NCBI GenBank assembly: GCA_963627025.1
Contig: CAVFZF010000004.1
Coordinates: forward strand, 3,275 to 67,274
Length of the DNA: 64,000 nucleotides
Direction: 5' to 3'
From: Bifidobacteriaceae bacterium
Lineage (GTDB): Bacteria > Bacteroidota > Bacteroidia > Bacteroidales > Bacteroidaceae
Both the position numbers and the translations under genes were made by a program. Shown here one piece after another: positions 48,122-59,327 of the stretch (position 1 is the first letter of the stretch; each line of letters starts with the position of its first letter). The notes beneath the pieces were generated by a model. It saw nothing but the letters and a program-made list of their open reading frames with translations, was not told the origin of the DNA and ran no database searches.

Positions 48122-49120
48122 TTATGATAATTGGTTATCCTTGTAGATAATCTTGTTGGCACCGGAAGTGATCTTCAGCGCTTCGGGATGCTCCTTTATA
48201 AACGAGTCGATGTGGCGTATGCGCTTCTCGTCATATATCTCGTCCATGGCGATAAGTATGCCGGTCTCCTCCACGTCGCCAAATCCGTAGTTGATGGCAG
48301 TGCCAAACAGTTTCATCGTCGGCGAGAGATTCATATACGCATTGATAAGTGGCGGGATGTTGTATCCCATCTTGCGTATCTCCTGATTGAGAATCTTGTA
48401 GTCCTTGCGGAAGTCGTCCTCGCAGAACAAAGCCTCAAATTCTTTCGGGTCATGCTCCAGTTGCAGGGGCTTGAGCGGTATTATCAGGTTCTCCTTGTCA
48501 TCGAAATGCTTTTTCAGAAAGTAGAGTATCATGTCCCGCCCCTTGCGTATATATGACGGATACATGGTCATCTTGCCGAAGAAATACTTGATGTCGGGAA
48601 ACAGTACCGTGAGTGCCGCCAGTCCATCCCACAGGTTGTCGAGGGCGAAGATGCTCTTTGCGTTGAGGCGCACGTTCTGGTATGGGATGGAAACGAACGA
48701 CCTGCCGAGTTCCACAGTCTGCGGCATATAGTCCTTGATGAACTTTTCCGAGAAATGGAACATATGGCTTGTGGCGAGTATAGGCTGCCCCTTGTCGTCG
48801 TAGTTGACATTCTTGCCGAAGATATAGCGGTAACCTCCGATTATCTCCTCCGCCTCAGGATTCCACACGATGAGTTGTTTGTAGCAGTTCTCACAGGTGT
48901 CGAAGTCGTCAATATCCATACTTTTGCCTGTTCCGCCACCTGCAGCACGAAAGGCTTCTTCGCGCAGACGCCCTATCTCACGCATCACGTTGGGTGCCGT
49001 GTGGGCTGTTATCACATAGATCCTGTTGCTGCTTTTGTTGGTCATGCGGAGCTGCTTGTCGGGCGTAAGTTCACTCTTGAGCAGTTCTTTGTCCACTGGC
49101 TGGATAATAGGTTCTTCCAT
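48122..49120 (-). CDS. glsB: GNAT/OlsB-like N-acyltransferase, glycine-lipid synthesis (GlsB-like)
   Basis: Start ATG 49120 (MEEPIIQP); EIGRLREEAFRAAGGGTG; IIGGYR; ELGRSFV; IPPLINAYM; next to the dcw cluster as in Bacteroides. Confidence 0.8.
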   Translation of the reverse strand: MEEPIIQPVDKELLKSELTPDKQLRMTNKSSNRIYVITAHTAPNVMREIGRLREEAFRAAGGGTGKSMDIDDFDTCENCYKQLIVWNPEAEEIIGGYRYIFGKNVNYDDKGQPILATSHMFHFSEKFIKDYMPQTVELGRSFVSIPYQNVRLNAKSIFALDNLWDGLAALTVLFPDIKYFFGKMTMYPSYIRKGRDMILYFLKKHFDDKENLIIPLKPLQLEHDPKEFEALFCEDDFRKDYKILNQEIRKMGYNIPPLINAYMNLSPTMKLFGTAINYGFGDVEETGILIAMDEIYDEKRIRHIDSFIKEHPEALKITSGANKIIYKDNQLS

Positions 49121-49133
49121 ATCGTATTGTCTT

Positions 49134-49967
49134 CTAAAAAGCGTTGCTGTCGGCAAGGGCATAGACCTTGTCGTAGACCCACTGTGCCCATTCGCTGCTT
49201 TTCCTTGTCGCGTCAAACGTACTGGCAGGTATCGGCTTGCCAATGGTTATAGTGAATGTCTTGTGGTTGTTCTTGTACATCTCGTCGGCGAGGTACAGTT
49301 GGGCGAAATTGAACTTTATGCGCAACTTCTTGCATACGTTTGCCAGATTGTAGAAGAAGTTGGAATTGCGTCCGTCGAAATGTATCGGCACGATGTCGCG
49401 TCCCGTTTCCACGCTCTTTTTTATGAACGTGCTCTTCCATGGTATGTCTCTTATCACGCTGCCGTTCTTTCTTGAGCACAGACCGGCGGGGAACATGACG
49501 ATATGTTGCCTTTCTCTGAACGTGGCTTCCACTGTCTTCGGAAAGTTGCGGCCGTTCTTCCCGGTCTTGTTGATGCCCACGCAGAGCGGTGCCAGACCGG
49601 GCAGGTTCATCAGCAAATCGTTGACCAGATACTTGAAATTGTCGTTGTAGCGCTCGCCGATAACTGCTCCTACCGCCACGCCATCGATGCCTCCGAGGGG
49701 GTGGTTGGATACGAATGTGTAGAGTTTGCCGCCATCTGCTGTCGGAAGATTCTCCATTCCGCGCACCCGGATTTTTATGTCCTGGTACTCAAGACACGCC
49801 TTCAGCCACGCCGAACCCTTTAGATTCTCTGCGCTGACGAGGAATCCGTTGACCCAATCCTGATGTACGATGTGCTTCAAGTAGGATATCAGGAAACGCG
49901 GAACATAACGGGCTTTCTTCCCCATTTTGTCCTTTACTATCCTGTCAATGTCGATTCTAACTTCCAA
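49134..49967 (-). CDS. glsA: PlsC-family O-acyltransferase (GlsA-like)
   Basis: Probable TTG start at 49967; NHPLGGIDG (HX4D-like); FPAGLCSR; IVPIHF; paired with the GlsB-like gene. Confidence 0.75.
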   Translation of the reverse strand: MEVRIDIDRIVKDKMGKKARYVPRFLISYLKHIVHQDWVNGFLVSAENLKGSAWLKACLEYQDIKIRVRGMENLPTADGGKLYTFVSNHPLGGIDGVAVGAVIGERYNDNFKYLVNDLLMNLPGLAPLCVGINKTGKNGRNFPKTVEATFRERQHIVMFPAGLCSRKNGSVIRDIPWKSTFIKKSVETGRDIVPIHFDGRNSNFFYNLANVCKKLRIKFNFAQLYLADEMYKNNHKTFTITIGKPIPASTFDATRKSSEWAQWVYDKVYALADSNAF

Positions 49968-50044
49968 ACGGTCGAATGTTTTGTTCTGTAGACGGTCTCT
50001 CCGCAGTCTGTGGAGAGTGGTCCGGTGCGCTTTTATCAGCGTTG

Positions 50045-50052
50045 CAAAGTTA
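50045..50052 (-). promoter_or_regulatory. -7 element TAACTTTG for glsA-glsB
   Basis: CAAAGTTA on the + strand, about 78 nt upstream of the proposed start. Confidence 0.6.
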
Positions 50053-50227
50053 CGGATTTTTCCATTCCACTGCATCCGTTTTGTCGCTTTTTTTGTCCTT
50101 TTCGGTCTGCTGTACTGCCAAAAAGCGTTTTTCCCCGTTTGATTGTCATCTTTTTCACTTCAGCGTGACCGTTTCTTGACCTCGGTTTTCCTTATGTCAC
50201 ATCAGCCTAAAAATGTCAGTGGATTTC

Positions 50228-50258
50228 TTGGCTGTTAGATATAAAACCTTTACTTTTG
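50228..50258 (+). promoter_or_regulatory. dcw cluster promoter
   Basis: TTG 50228-50230, 20-nt spacer, TACTTTTG 50251-50258. Confidence 0.65.
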
Positions 50259-50351
50259 CGGTAAAAATGCGGCATAATGTCGCAGCAGTGCCGCAAGATG
50301 CACCGAAGCCCCTTGGCTCGGTGTGTGTTAGGCATCCGCGGAGAGGCAGTA

Positions 50352-51272
50352 ATGGCAAAAACGGCAGAGGCTTATCATGTGCCAGTTCTTCTGGATGAGA
50401 GCGTCGGCGGACTTGATGTCCGTCGCGGAGGAGTGTATGTGGATGTCACGTTCGGCGGAGGCGGTCACTCCAAAGAGATTCTCCGGAGGATAGACGAGGC
50501 AGGAGGCGGTCATCTGTATAGTTTCGATCAGGATGCCGATGCAGAGCGCAATGTGGAACCGCACGAGGGTTTCACGTTCGTGAGAAGTAATTTCCGTTAC
50601 CTGAAAAACTGGATGCGCTACTACGGTGAGGAACATATCGACGGACTGTTGGCGGATCTCGGCGTGTCGAGCCACCATTTCGATGACGAGACACGCGGTT
50701 TCTCGTTCCGTTTCGACGCCCCTCTTGATATGCGCATGAACAAGCGTGGTGGCAGGACAGCAGCGGACATACTCAATGAGGACGGAGAAGATAGGCTCGC
50801 CGACATATTCTATCTCTACGGCGAACTGAAGCAGTCGCGGCGCATAGCCTCGCTTGTCGTCAAGGCAAGGGGGCAGAAACCGATACTCACCACACAGGAT
50901 TTGCTTGATGTGTGTGAGCCTGTTTTCCTTCGTGAACGTGAGAAAAAGGACATGGCAAAACTCTTTCAGGCTCTCCGCATCGAGGTAAACCATGAGATGG
51001 ATGCCCTGTGCGATATGCTCAAGGCTGCCACCGGGTTGCTCCGTCCGGGCGGTCGCCTGTCGGTAATCACCTATCATTCGCTGGAAGACAGGCTCGTGAA
51101 GAATGTCATGAAGACTGGAAACGTAGAGGGGAAACGTCGTCAGGACTTCTTCGGAAGGGTTGAAACGCCTTTTGAACTGGTCAACAGCAAGGTCATACTG
51201 CCGTCTGCCGAGGAACAGGAGCGCAATCCGCGTTCGCGCAGTGCCAAACTGAGAATAGCAGCAAAAATATGA
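50352..51272 (+). CDS. rsmH: 16S rRNA m4C1402 methyltransferase RsmH (MraW)
   Basis: Start ATG 50352; YHVPVLL; VDVTFGGGGHS; DLGVSS; LDMRM; FQALRIEVN; YHSLEDR; NPRSRSAKLR. Confidence 0.98.
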   Translation: MAKTAEAYHVPVLLDESVGGLDVRRGGVYVDVTFGGGGHSKEILRRIDEAGGGHLYSFDQDADAERNVEPHEGFTFVRSNFRYLKNWMRYYGEEHIDGLLADLGVSSHHFDDETRGFSFRFDAPLDMRMNKRGGRTAADILNEDGEDRLADIFYLYGELKQSRRIASLVVKARGQKPILTTQDLLDVCEPVFLREREKKDMAKLFQALRIEVNHEMDALCDMLKAATGLLRPGGRLSVITYHSLEDRLVKNVMKTGNVEGKRRQDFFGRVETPFELVNSKVILPSAEEQERNPRSRSAKLRIAAKI

Positions 51273-51739
51273 ACGGACAGGAAAAGATAAAGGACGAGGA
51301 GACAAAACTCTCCGTTGACGCAGCGGCGGAAGCCGTGGCTGACGATGCCGCTACAGGTCAGAGCCTGAGCGAGATCATCCGTGAACAGGTCAAGGAAGAG
51401 GATGCCCCGGTCTCAAAAAATGATCTCTCGCTGAGGAAGATCATCGGAGGAGATGTCCTTATGGCAACCGCCGTGCGCAAGCAGATATGGCTGTTGCTTC
51501 TCGTGGCGTTTTTTCTCATTGTCTACATAGCCGAAGGCTACAGTTATAAAAAGTATATTCTGGAAATCGACAAACTCACAAAGACGCTCGAAGATGCCAA
51601 GTACAAGGCTCTCTCTTCAAAGAGTGACCTGACGGAAAAGACGCGTGAGAGCAAGGTTCTCGATATGCTCAGGATAAACAATGACACGCTCCTGCATCCC
51701 TCGACTCTCCCTCCGTTTATAATAGAAGTGCCAGAATAA
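51269..51739 (+). CDS. ftsL: FtsL-like cell division protein (Bacteroidetes type)
   Basis: Single TM segment followed by a coiled coil; lies between rsmH and ftsI. Confidence 0.8.
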   Translation: MNGQEKIKDEETKLSVDAAAEAVADDAATGQSLSEIIREQVKEEDAPVSKNDLSLRKIIGGDVLMATAVRKQIWLLLLVAFFLIVYIAEGYSYKKYILEIDKLTKTLEDAKYKALSSKSDLTEKTRESKVLDMLRINNDTLLHPSTLPPFIIEVPE

Positions 51740-51760
51740 CGTCCATAAGCAGAAATTCCG

Positions 51761-53929
51761 ATGAGTAAATTCGAGAATGACAAGATAATACCACGCTACT
51801 TCATGTTCGTGACTATTATGGGATTGCTTGCCGTGGGAGTAATTGTCAAGGCGGGATACGTTATGTCCGCCAAGCGCAGTTATTGGCTTGAGGTGAGCGA
51901 GAGGATAAAGTCTGACAGTGCGATAGTGTCTCCTGTGCGTGGCAACATACTCAGTTGTGACGGCCAACTCCTGGCGAGTTCGCTGCCGGAATACCGTTTG
52001 TTTGTGGATTTCAAGGCGATGCACGAGTCCAAGACCGACACTCTGTGGGATGCCAAGGAGGACTCTATCTGTGCAGGACTTCACGATGCATTCCCGGAAA
52101 AGTCTGCGGAAGAGTTTCGGAAGATGCTCCGCAAGGCCAAGAGCGAGCAGTCGCGCCGTTGCTCCTTGTGGCCGAAACGTGTGAATTATTCCACCTATTC
52201 GGCTGTCAGGGACTTGCCCATATTCAACATGAGGTCATATAAGGGCGGTTTCTATACGGAGAACTATAATGCGAGAAAGCGTCCTTACGGGTCTATAGCC
52301 GCCCGTACCATCGGTGATATGTTCGGCGCAAAGGATACGGCACGGTGTGGTCTGGAACTCTCCTACGACTCTCTGCTGCGTGGACAGAACGGTATCATGC
52401 ACCGCAGAAAGGTGTTCAACAAGTACCTGTCCATTGTTGACGCTCCGGCAATCAACGGTGCCGACCTCGTGACAACCATTGATGTGGATATGCAGGACAT
52501 AGCGGAGCGTGCGCTGGTGGCGGAACTCAAGGAGCCGACAGTCAATGGCGAGATGGGCGTGGCCATACTCATGGAAGTGAGTACGGGTGACATCAAGGCT
52601 ATAGTAAACATGACCAAGTGTGAAGACGGGGAATATCGTGAGGTAGTGAACTCCGCCATCAACTACCGTTGCGAACCGGGTTCGGTGTTCAAGCCGGCGT
52701 CTATCATGGTGGCTCTTGACGATGGAGTGTGCGATACAAGCCAAATAATCCATACCGGAGGAGGAGTAATGGAGATGCACTCGCGTCTGATGAAAGACCA
52801 CAACTGGAAGACTCAGGGCGGTTATGGCGACATCAACGTGGCGCGTTCGCTTGAGGTCAGTTCCAACATTGGAGTGAGTTGGATCATCGACCACTACTAT
52901 GGCAAGAACCCGGAAAAATATATCGACGGTCTCTATCGCATCGGTATGCACGAGGATTTGCAACTTCCCATCGTGGGATACAACCGTCCCATCATACGCT
53001 ATCCCAAGCGCAATCCGAGCGGAGGAGTGGAAGACAAGACCATGCTCCCGTGGATGAGTATCGGCTACGGCACCCAGATAGCCCCCATAAACACCCTTAC
53101 CTTCTACAACGCCATAGCCAACAACGGCAGAATGGTGAAGCCCCGGTTTGTCAAGTCGGTAGTAAAGGACGGCGTGACACTTGCGGAATATCCCGTGGAA
53201 GAACTGAAGGCGAGCATCTGCAAGGAGTCAACGCTGAAGACAATGCAGACTATTCTGCGTCATGTGGTAAGCCAGGGACTTGGCAAGAAAGCCGGTAGCC
53301 GGCTTTTTCAGGTGTCGGGCAAGACCGGCACGGCACAGGTGTCAAAAGGTAAAGAGGGTTATAAGAGTGGCACGGTGGGCTATTGGCTCAGTTTCGCAGG
53401 ATACTTCCCTTCCGACAATCCACGCTACTCCTGTATTGTCTGCATAAAGAAATGGGGACTTCCGGCATCGGGTGGCGGTATGAGCGGAGTGGTGTTCCGC
53501 AAGATAGCGGAGGGTGTCATGGCGCGTGACCTGAAACTTGACATCAAGGATGCACACGACGAAGACTCGGAGTCGACGCCCAGCGTGATGCGCGGAAACA
53601 TCCTTGCCGCCGACTATGTGTTGTCGAATCTCGGATTCAAATGCCGTGACGGGTGGAACGGTTCCTATGCTTCGGGCAACCCTATCTGGGGCAACGGCTT
53701 CAAGACAGACAACAACACCGTGACCCTGAAGCGTGAACGCCAGTATGGCAAGAGTGTTGTTCCCGACGTGGCGGGTATGGGCGCACGCGATGCCGTCTTC
53801 CTCCTTGAGAGCCGTGGGGTGAAAGTAAAGATTACAGGACGAGGCAAGGTGACGAAGCAGAGCCTTGCTCCGGGAAAGAAAATAAGCAAGGGCGATGTCT
53901 GCATACTGACACTCAGCGTGCACGGATAA
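51761..53929 (+). CDS. ftsI: Division transpeptidase PBP3/FtsI with PASTA domain
   Basis: [16 protein letters not shown] (SxxK); [22 protein letters not shown]. Confidence 0.95.
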   Translation: MSKFENDKIIPRYFMFVTIMGLLAVGVIVKAGYVMSAKRSYWLEVSERIKSDSAIVSPVRGNILSCDGQLLASSLPEYRLFVDFKAMHESKTDTLWDAKEDSICAGLHDAFPEKSAEEFRKMLRKAKSEQSRRCSLWPKRVNYSTYSAVRDLPIFNMRSYKGGFYTENYNARKRPYGSIAARTIGDMFGAKDTARCGLELSYDSLLRGQNGIMHRRKVFNKYLSIVDAPAINGADLVTTIDVDMQDIAERALVAELKEPTVNGEMGVAILMEVSTGDIKAIVNMTKCEDGEYREVVNSAINYRCEPGSVFKPASIMVALDDGVCDTSQIIHTGGGVMEMHSRLMKDHNWKTQGGYGDINVARSLEVSSNIGVSWIIDHYYGKNPEKYIDGLYRIGMHEDLQLPIVGYNRPIIRYPKRNPSGGVEDKTMLPWMSIGYGTQIAPINTLTFYNAIANNGRMVKPRFVKSVVKDGVTLAEYPVEELKASICKESTLKTMQTILRHVVSQGLGKKAGSRLFQVSGKTGTAQVSKGKEGYKSGTVGYWLSFAGYFPSDNPRYSCIVCIKKWGLPASGGGMSGVVFRKIAEGVMARDLKLDIKDAHDEDSESTPSVMRGNILAADYVLSNLGFKCRDGWNGSYASGNPIWGNGFKTDNNTVTLKRERQYGKSVVPDVAGMGARDAVFLLESRGVKVKITGRGKVTKQSLAPGKKISKGDVCILTLSVHG

Positions 53930-53949
53930 GCCCCAAAAACATAACGGAA

Positions 53950-55401
53950 ATGAAACTATCAGAACTGTTGAAGAACGTCTCGCCGATAGAGACGGTAGGG
54001 TCTGCCGACAAGGAGATTGCCGGTGTGAGCATCGATTCGAGACTTGTTAAGGACGGACACCTGTTCATTGCCATGAAGGGCACGCAGGTTGACGGACACA
54101 AGTATATACCCAAGGCGATAGAGTTGGGGGCTTCCGCCATACTGCTTGAGGATATGCCCGACGACAAAGCCGAGGGCGTGACATATATAAAGGTAGAGAG
54201 CACCGAGGACGCATCGGGCAAGGTGGCGACCGCCTTCTACGGTTACCCGTCGGAAAAACTCCGACTTGTGGGTGTGACTGGTACCAACGGCAAGACCACA
54301 ATAGCTACTCTGCTCTACAATATGTTCCGCAAGATGGGGCATAAATGCGGACTTCTGTCCACCGTGTGCAACTATATCGACGGTGAAGCGGTGCCTGCCG
54401 ACCACACCACTCCCGACCCTATTGAACTCAACTTCCTGCTCTCCCGCATGGTGGAAGCAGGCTGCGAATATGCCTTTATGGAGTGTTCGTCGCACGCAAT
54501 ACACCAGAAACGCATCGGAGGCTTGAAATTCCGTGGCGGCATATTCACCAATCTCACGCGCGACCATCTGGACTATCACAAGACATTTGAGAACTACCGG
54601 GATGCCAAGAAGGCATTTTTCGATATGCTTGACAAGGACGCTTTCGCCGTTACAAACGCCGATGACAAGAACGGAATGTTCATGGTGCAGAACTGCAAGG
54701 CAAAGGTCTTGACTTACAGCACGCGCTCCATGGCTGACCACAAGGCGCGTATTCTGGAGTGTCATTTTGAGGGGATGTATCTCGATATCGACGGCAAGGA
54801 GGTGGGAGTGCAGTTCATAGGCAAGTTCAATGTGAGCAACCTGCTCGCCGTCTACTCCGCTGCCGTGCAGTTGGGCAAGACTCCTGACGAGGTGCTTCTT
54901 GTGCTCAGCACCCTCAAGAGTGTCAGCGGCAGGCTCGAACCGGTGCGCAGCGGCAATGGCGTGACGGCTGTCGTGGACTATGCACACACGCCCGACGCTA
55001 TCGTAAACGTTATCCAGGCTTTGCGAGATGTCATGAACGGCAAGGGTCAACTGATAACAGTCTGCGGATGCGGAGGCAACCGTGACAAGGGCAAAAGACC
55101 GATTATGGCGCGCGAAGCGGTGAAAGCCAGTGACAAAGTGGTGCTCACTTCCGACAATCCGAGGAAGGAAGACCCTGAGGCAATCCTCGATGACATGGAG
55201 GCAGGGCTTACTCCTGCGGAGAAGAAAGCGGTGCTCCGCATTACCGACCGCCGTCAGGCCATACGCACGGCTGTGGCGATTGCCCAGCCGGGAGATGTCA
55301 TCCTCATAGCCGGAAAGGGGCATGAGGACTACCAGATAATAGGCGATGTGAAGCACCATTTCGATGACAAGGAGGAAGTGCGCGCCGCTTTCGGCGAATA
55401 A
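53950..55401 (+). CDS. murE: MurE ligase
   Basis: [38 protein letters not shown]. Confidence 0.97.
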   Translation: MKLSELLKNVSPIETVGSADKEIAGVSIDSRLVKDGHLFIAMKGTQVDGHKYIPKAIELGASAILLEDMPDDKAEGVTYIKVESTEDASGKVATAFYGYPSEKLRLVGVTGTNGKTTIATLLYNMFRKMGHKCGLLSTVCNYIDGEAVPADHTTPDPIELNFLLSRMVEAGCEYAFMECSSHAIHQKRIGGLKFRGGIFTNLTRDHLDYHKTFENYRDAKKAFFDMLDKDAFAVTNADDKNGMFMVQNCKAKVLTYSTRSMADHKARILECHFEGMYLDIDGKEVGVQFIGKFNVSNLLAVYSAAVQLGKTPDEVLLVLSTLKSVSGRLEPVRSGNGVTAVVDYAHTPDAIVNVIQALRDVMNGKGQLITVCGCGGNRDKGKRPIMAREAVKASDKVVLTSDNPRKEDPEAILDDMEAGLTPAEKKAVLRITDRRQAIRTAVAIAQPGDVILIAGKGHEDYQIIGDVKHHFDDKEEVRAAFGE

Positions 55402-55431
55402 ACGTCCTGTTTAACCAATAGAAGAAGGAAA

Positions 55432-56730
55432 ATGCTGTACTACATATTCAGATTTCTTGAGCAGTTCGGAATATCGGGTTCCCATATCTGGGGTTACATC
55501 TCGTTCCGCTCATTGCTCGCCCTGATACTCTCGCTTGTCATCTCTGCATGGTTCGGAGAAAAGTTCATAAAGTTCATGAAACGCCGTCAGATTACCGAGA
55601 CGGCACGCGATGCGAAGATAGATCCGTTCGGCACGCAAAAGATAGGCGTGCCCACAATGGGCGGAATCATCATCATTGTGTCGATACTCGTGCCTGTCCT
55701 GCTGCTCGGACGCTTGCGCAACATCTACCTCATACTTATGATTGTCACCACCGTCTGGCTTGGTTTCCTCGGTGGAATGGACGATTTCATAAAGATATTC
55801 CGCAAGAACAAGGAGGGACTGAAGGGCAAATACAAGATTGTGGGTCAGGTCGGCGTGGGCTTCATTGTGGGTCTTACCCTGTGGGCATCGCCTGACGTGA
55901 AGCAGGTGGACAGGATTCCTGTGGAGAAAACGGCGGCTGTCGGTGGTGCGGAAAGTGCCGAGTCTGACGCTGCGGAGTTCACTTACAAGACACGGTCGGA
56001 AAAGTCCCTGAAGACCACAATACCGTTCGTGAAGTCCCATAACCTCGATTACAGCAAGGTGATGAAGTTCGTCGGCAAGCATTATGTTGCCGCCGGGTGG
56101 ATTCTCTTCGTGATAATGACAATCCTTGTGGTCACTGCTGTGAGCAACGGGGCGAACCTCAACGACGGTATGGACGGTATGTGTGCCGGCAATTCCGCCA
56201 TTATCGGCGTCGCGTTGGGTATCCTTGCGTATGTCAGCAGCCATGTGGAGTTCGCCTCATACCTTAACATCATGTTCATCCCGGGATCGGAAGAACTGGT
56301 CGTGTTCATGTGTGCTTTCGTCGGGGCAATGATTGGTTTCCTGTGGTATAACGCCTATCCGGCGCAGGTGTTCATGGGAGATACCGGCTCGCTTACTATC
56401 GGCGGAATCATCGGTGTGTGTGCCATCATCATCCATAAGGAACTGCTGTTGCCCATCCTTTGCGGTGTCTTCTTCGTGGAAAGCCTCAGTGTCATGCTTC
56501 AGGTGTACTGGTTCAAGTTGGGCAAACGCCGTGGTGTGAAACAGAGACTGTTCCGCCGCACCCCTATACACGATGCTTATAGAACGCAGGATGAGCAACT
56601 TGACCCTGACTGTAAATATGTATTCAAGGGTTCGGGACGTGTTTTCCATGAGTCGAAGATAACGATACGTTTCTGGATAACCACGATTATCCTGGCTGCA
56701 ATGACCATAATAACACTGAAGATACGATGA
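55432..56730 (+). CDS. mraY: Phospho-MurNAc-pentapeptide transferase MraY
   Basis: PTMGG; DDFIK; NLNDGMDG; VFMGDTGSL; ESLSVMLQV. Confidence 0.97.
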   Translation: MLYYIFRFLEQFGISGSHIWGYISFRSLLALILSLVISAWFGEKFIKFMKRRQITETARDAKIDPFGTQKIGVPTMGGIIIIVSILVPVLLLGRLRNIYLILMIVTTVWLGFLGGMDDFIKIFRKNKEGLKGKYKIVGQVGVGFIVGLTLWASPDVKQVDRIPVEKTAAVGGAESAESDAAEFTYKTRSEKSLKTTIPFVKSHNLDYSKVMKFVGKHYVAAGWILFVIMTILVVTAVSNGANLNDGMDGMCAGNSAIIGVALGILAYVSSHVEFASYLNIMFIPGSEELVVFMCAFVGAMIGFLWYNAYPAQVFMGDTGSLTIGGIIGVCAIIIHKELLLPILCGVFFVESLSVMLQVYWFKLGKRRGVKQRLFRRTPIHDAYRTQDEQLDPDCKYVFKGSGRVFHESKITIRFWITTIILAAMTIITLKIR

Positions 56731-58049
56731 AGAGACTTGTTGTGTTGGGTGCCGGCGAGAGCGGAGCGGGCACTGCCGTACTGGCGAAAAAACAGGGATA
56801 TGAGGTTTTTGTCTCCGATATGGGGACGGTAAAGGACCGCTACAAGGCGATGCTTGATGCTCACGGAATAGAGTGGGAGGAAGGGCATCACACTGCGGAA
56901 AAGATACTTTCTGCCGATGAGGTGGTGAAAAGCCCGGGCATTCCCGACAGTTCGCCCATGGTGCAGCAACTGATAGCGCAGGGTACGCCCATACTTTCCG
57001 AGATAGAGTTCTGTAGCCGCTACACCAAGGGAAAGATGATCTGCATCACCGGAAGCAACGGCAAGACCACCACAACGACACTCATCCATTACATCATGCA
57101 GCAGTCCGGCAAGAACGTGGGACTTGGCGGCAACATAGGAAAGTCACTCGCACTGCAGATAGCAGAGGACGACAAGGACTGGTATGTGGTGGAACTCAGT
57201 TCGTTCCAACTCGACAACTGCTTCTCCTTCCGTGCCGACATAGGCGTGCTGATGAACATCACCGCCGACCATCTCGACCGCTATGACTTCCAGATGCAGC
57301 ACTATGTGGACTCCAAGATGCGCATCTTGCAGAACCAGACACCCGACGACAAGTTCATATATTGGACTGGCGACCAGTACATAGACCGTGAACTTGTGAG
57401 GCGGAAACAGGGTGAGCATATCCCTGCACCGACTCCTTCGTCGAGGGAAGCCGCACCCGGCAATCCCACACTGTGCCCTTTCTACGATGAGGATTTCGAG
57501 AAACTGAGGCTTGAGTTCAGCCTTCCCGGTCAGCACAACAAGCGCAATGCCCTCGCTGCATATCACGCCACGAAGGCCGCAGGTGTTGATGAGACAGTGA
57601 TAAGGGAGTGTCTGAAGAACTTCCCCGGGGTGGAACATCGTCTGGAGTTTGTCGCTGACAAAGGCGGAGTGCGCTATATCAATGACTCCAAAGCCACCAA
57701 TGTGGATGCCTGCCATGTCGCTCTCGAAGCCATGACACGCCCCACGGTGCTCATCGTCGGCGGCAAAGACAAGGGCAACGACTACAATCAGATAATGCAA
57801 CTCGTGCGTGAGAAATGCCGCGGACTGGTCTATCTTGGTGCCGATAACGCCAAACTGCACGCCAGTTTCGATGCTCTCGGACTGCCTGTTTCCGACACCC
57901 ACTCCATGAAAGACTGTGTGGCGGCGTGTCGTGACATGGCTCATGAAGGCGATGTGGTGCTGTTGAGTCCCTGTTGCGCCAGTTTTGACCTGTTCAAGAA
58001 CATGGAGGACAGGGGTGAACAGTTCAAGTCTTTGGTGAGAGGACTGTAA
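56727..58049 (+). CDS. murD: MurD ligase
   Basis: GAGESG; ITGSNGKTTT; ELSSFQL; DHLDRY; NDSKATN; LSPCCASFD. Confidence 0.97.
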   Translation: MKRLVVLGAGESGAGTAVLAKKQGYEVFVSDMGTVKDRYKAMLDAHGIEWEEGHHTAEKILSADEVVKSPGIPDSSPMVQQLIAQGTPILSEIEFCSRYTKGKMICITGSNGKTTTTTLIHYIMQQSGKNVGLGGNIGKSLALQIAEDDKDWYVVELSSFQLDNCFSFRADIGVLMNITADHLDRYDFQMQHYVDSKMRILQNQTPDDKFIYWTGDQYIDRELVRRKQGEHIPAPTPSSREAAPGNPTLCPFYDEDFEKLRLEFSLPGQHNKRNALAAYHATKAAGVDETVIRECLKNFPGVEHRLEFVADKGGVRYINDSKATNVDACHVALEAMTRPTVLIVGGKDKGNDYNQIMQLVREKCRGLVYLGADNAKLHASFDALGLPVSDTHSMKDCVAACRDMAHEGDVVLLSPCCASFDLFKNMEDRGEQFKSLVRGL

Positions 58050-58079
58050 TCTGTAATAGTTGAACGCTTTGCACTGACA

Positions 58080-59327
58080 ATGAAAAAGTCCATTTTCAAT
58101 ATCTTCAGAGGCGACAAGGTGGTGTGGATGGTATTCCTTATCCTTTCACTCATCAGTGTCATTGAGGTGTTCTCGGCATCGTCCTCACTTACCTACAAGG
58201 GCGGAAATTACTGGTCACCGCTGGTGAAGCACGGCGCTACTCTTCTGATGGGATTTGTGTTTATGATGACTCTGAGTTATACAAAGTGCAAGTATTTCAA
58301 GTTGGTTACACCGTTCCTGATACTCGCTTCTTATATGATGCTCTTTTGGGTACTGGTGGCAGGACATTCGACAAACGATGCCGCACGCTGGGTGAGTCTG
58401 TTTGGAGTGCAGTTCCAACCCTCAGAAGTGGCAAAGGGGACAATGGTTCTCGCCACGGCGCAGATACTTGCCGCCACGCAGACCGACAAGGGAGCCGACA
58501 GTCATGCGTTCAAATGGATACTCGTGATATGCTTTCCGATGATTGCCCTCATAGTTCCCGAGAACTTCTCTACGGCGGCACTGATGGTTGTCACTCTGCT
58601 GATGATGATGTTCATCGGGCGTGTTCCCGTCCGTCAGGTGGGCAGCCTGTTCAGCATATTGGCGATTTTTGTTGTTGTGGCAGGTGCCAGTATCCTGTTG
58701 ATAGGAGATACCAAGGATGCTGACGAGCAGCGTGCGCAGCATGACACCGTTCTTGTGGCCGACGGCAGTGTGTCCGAGAAGAAAGACGAAGGGGTGGGCG
58801 GCAAGATTTTCCACCGTGCTTCTCTGTGGAAAAAGCGCATCCTTGCTCATGTTGACACCAGGGATATTCCGCCCGATTCCGTTGACCTTAGGGACAACGG
58901 AGCGCAGGTGGCATTCTCCAAAATCGCCATCGCTTCATCGGGAGGCACCGGTGTCGGTCCCGGCAATTCCGAGATACGCGACTTCCTTCCACAGGCTTTC
59001 TCCGACTTCATCTTTTCCATCATCATCGAGGAAATGGGTGTCTTCGGTCTTGTCCTTGTGCCGTTTCTCTACTTCATACTGCTGTTTCGTGCCGGGGTGA
59101 TAGCCCGCAGGTGTGCAAACAACTTCCCGGCTTTCCTTGTCATGGGGCTTGCCCTCATGCTTGTGACACAGGCTTTGGTGAACATGTGCGTGGCTGTCGG
59201 CATTGCGCCGGTGACAGGCCAGCCTCTGCCACTTGTCAGCAAGGGCGGCACATCTGTCGTTATCAACTGTGTCTACATCGGAGTGATACTCAGCGTCAGC
59301 AGTTCCGCCAAGAGGCGCACGGAGTAA
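58080..59327 (+). CDS. ftsW: SEDS polymerase FtsW
   Basis: FQPSEVAK; FLPQAFSDFIFSIIIEE; PVTGQPLPLVSKGGTS. Confidence 0.95.
   Translation: MKKSIFNIFRGDKVVWMVFLILSLISVIEVFSASSSLTYKGGNYWSPLVKHGATLLMGFVFMMTLSYTKCKYFKLVTPFLILASYMMLFWVLVAGHSTNDAARWVSLFGVQFQPSEVAKGTMVLATAQILAATQTDKGADSHAFKWILVICFPMIALIVPENFSTAALMVVTLLMMMFIGRVPVRQVGSLFSILAIFVVVAGASILLIGDTKDADEQRAQHDTVLVADGSVSEKKDEGVGGKIFHRASLWKKRILAHVDTRDIPPDSVDLRDNGAQVAFSKIAIASSGGTGVGPGNSEIRDFLPQAFSDFIFSIIIEEMGVFGLVLVPFLYFILLFRAGVIARRCANNFPAFLVMGLALMLVTQALVNMCVAVGIAPVTGQPLPLVSKGGTSVVINCVYIGVILSVSSSAKRRTE

Noticed and set aside
14461..50351. Extended N-termini in the ORF track (14461, 18876, 35339, 35952, 42320, 49243, 50075, 50277)
   Set aside because: They overlap predicted promoters, leaders or neighbouring genes; downstream starts give proper signal peptides or family N-termini.
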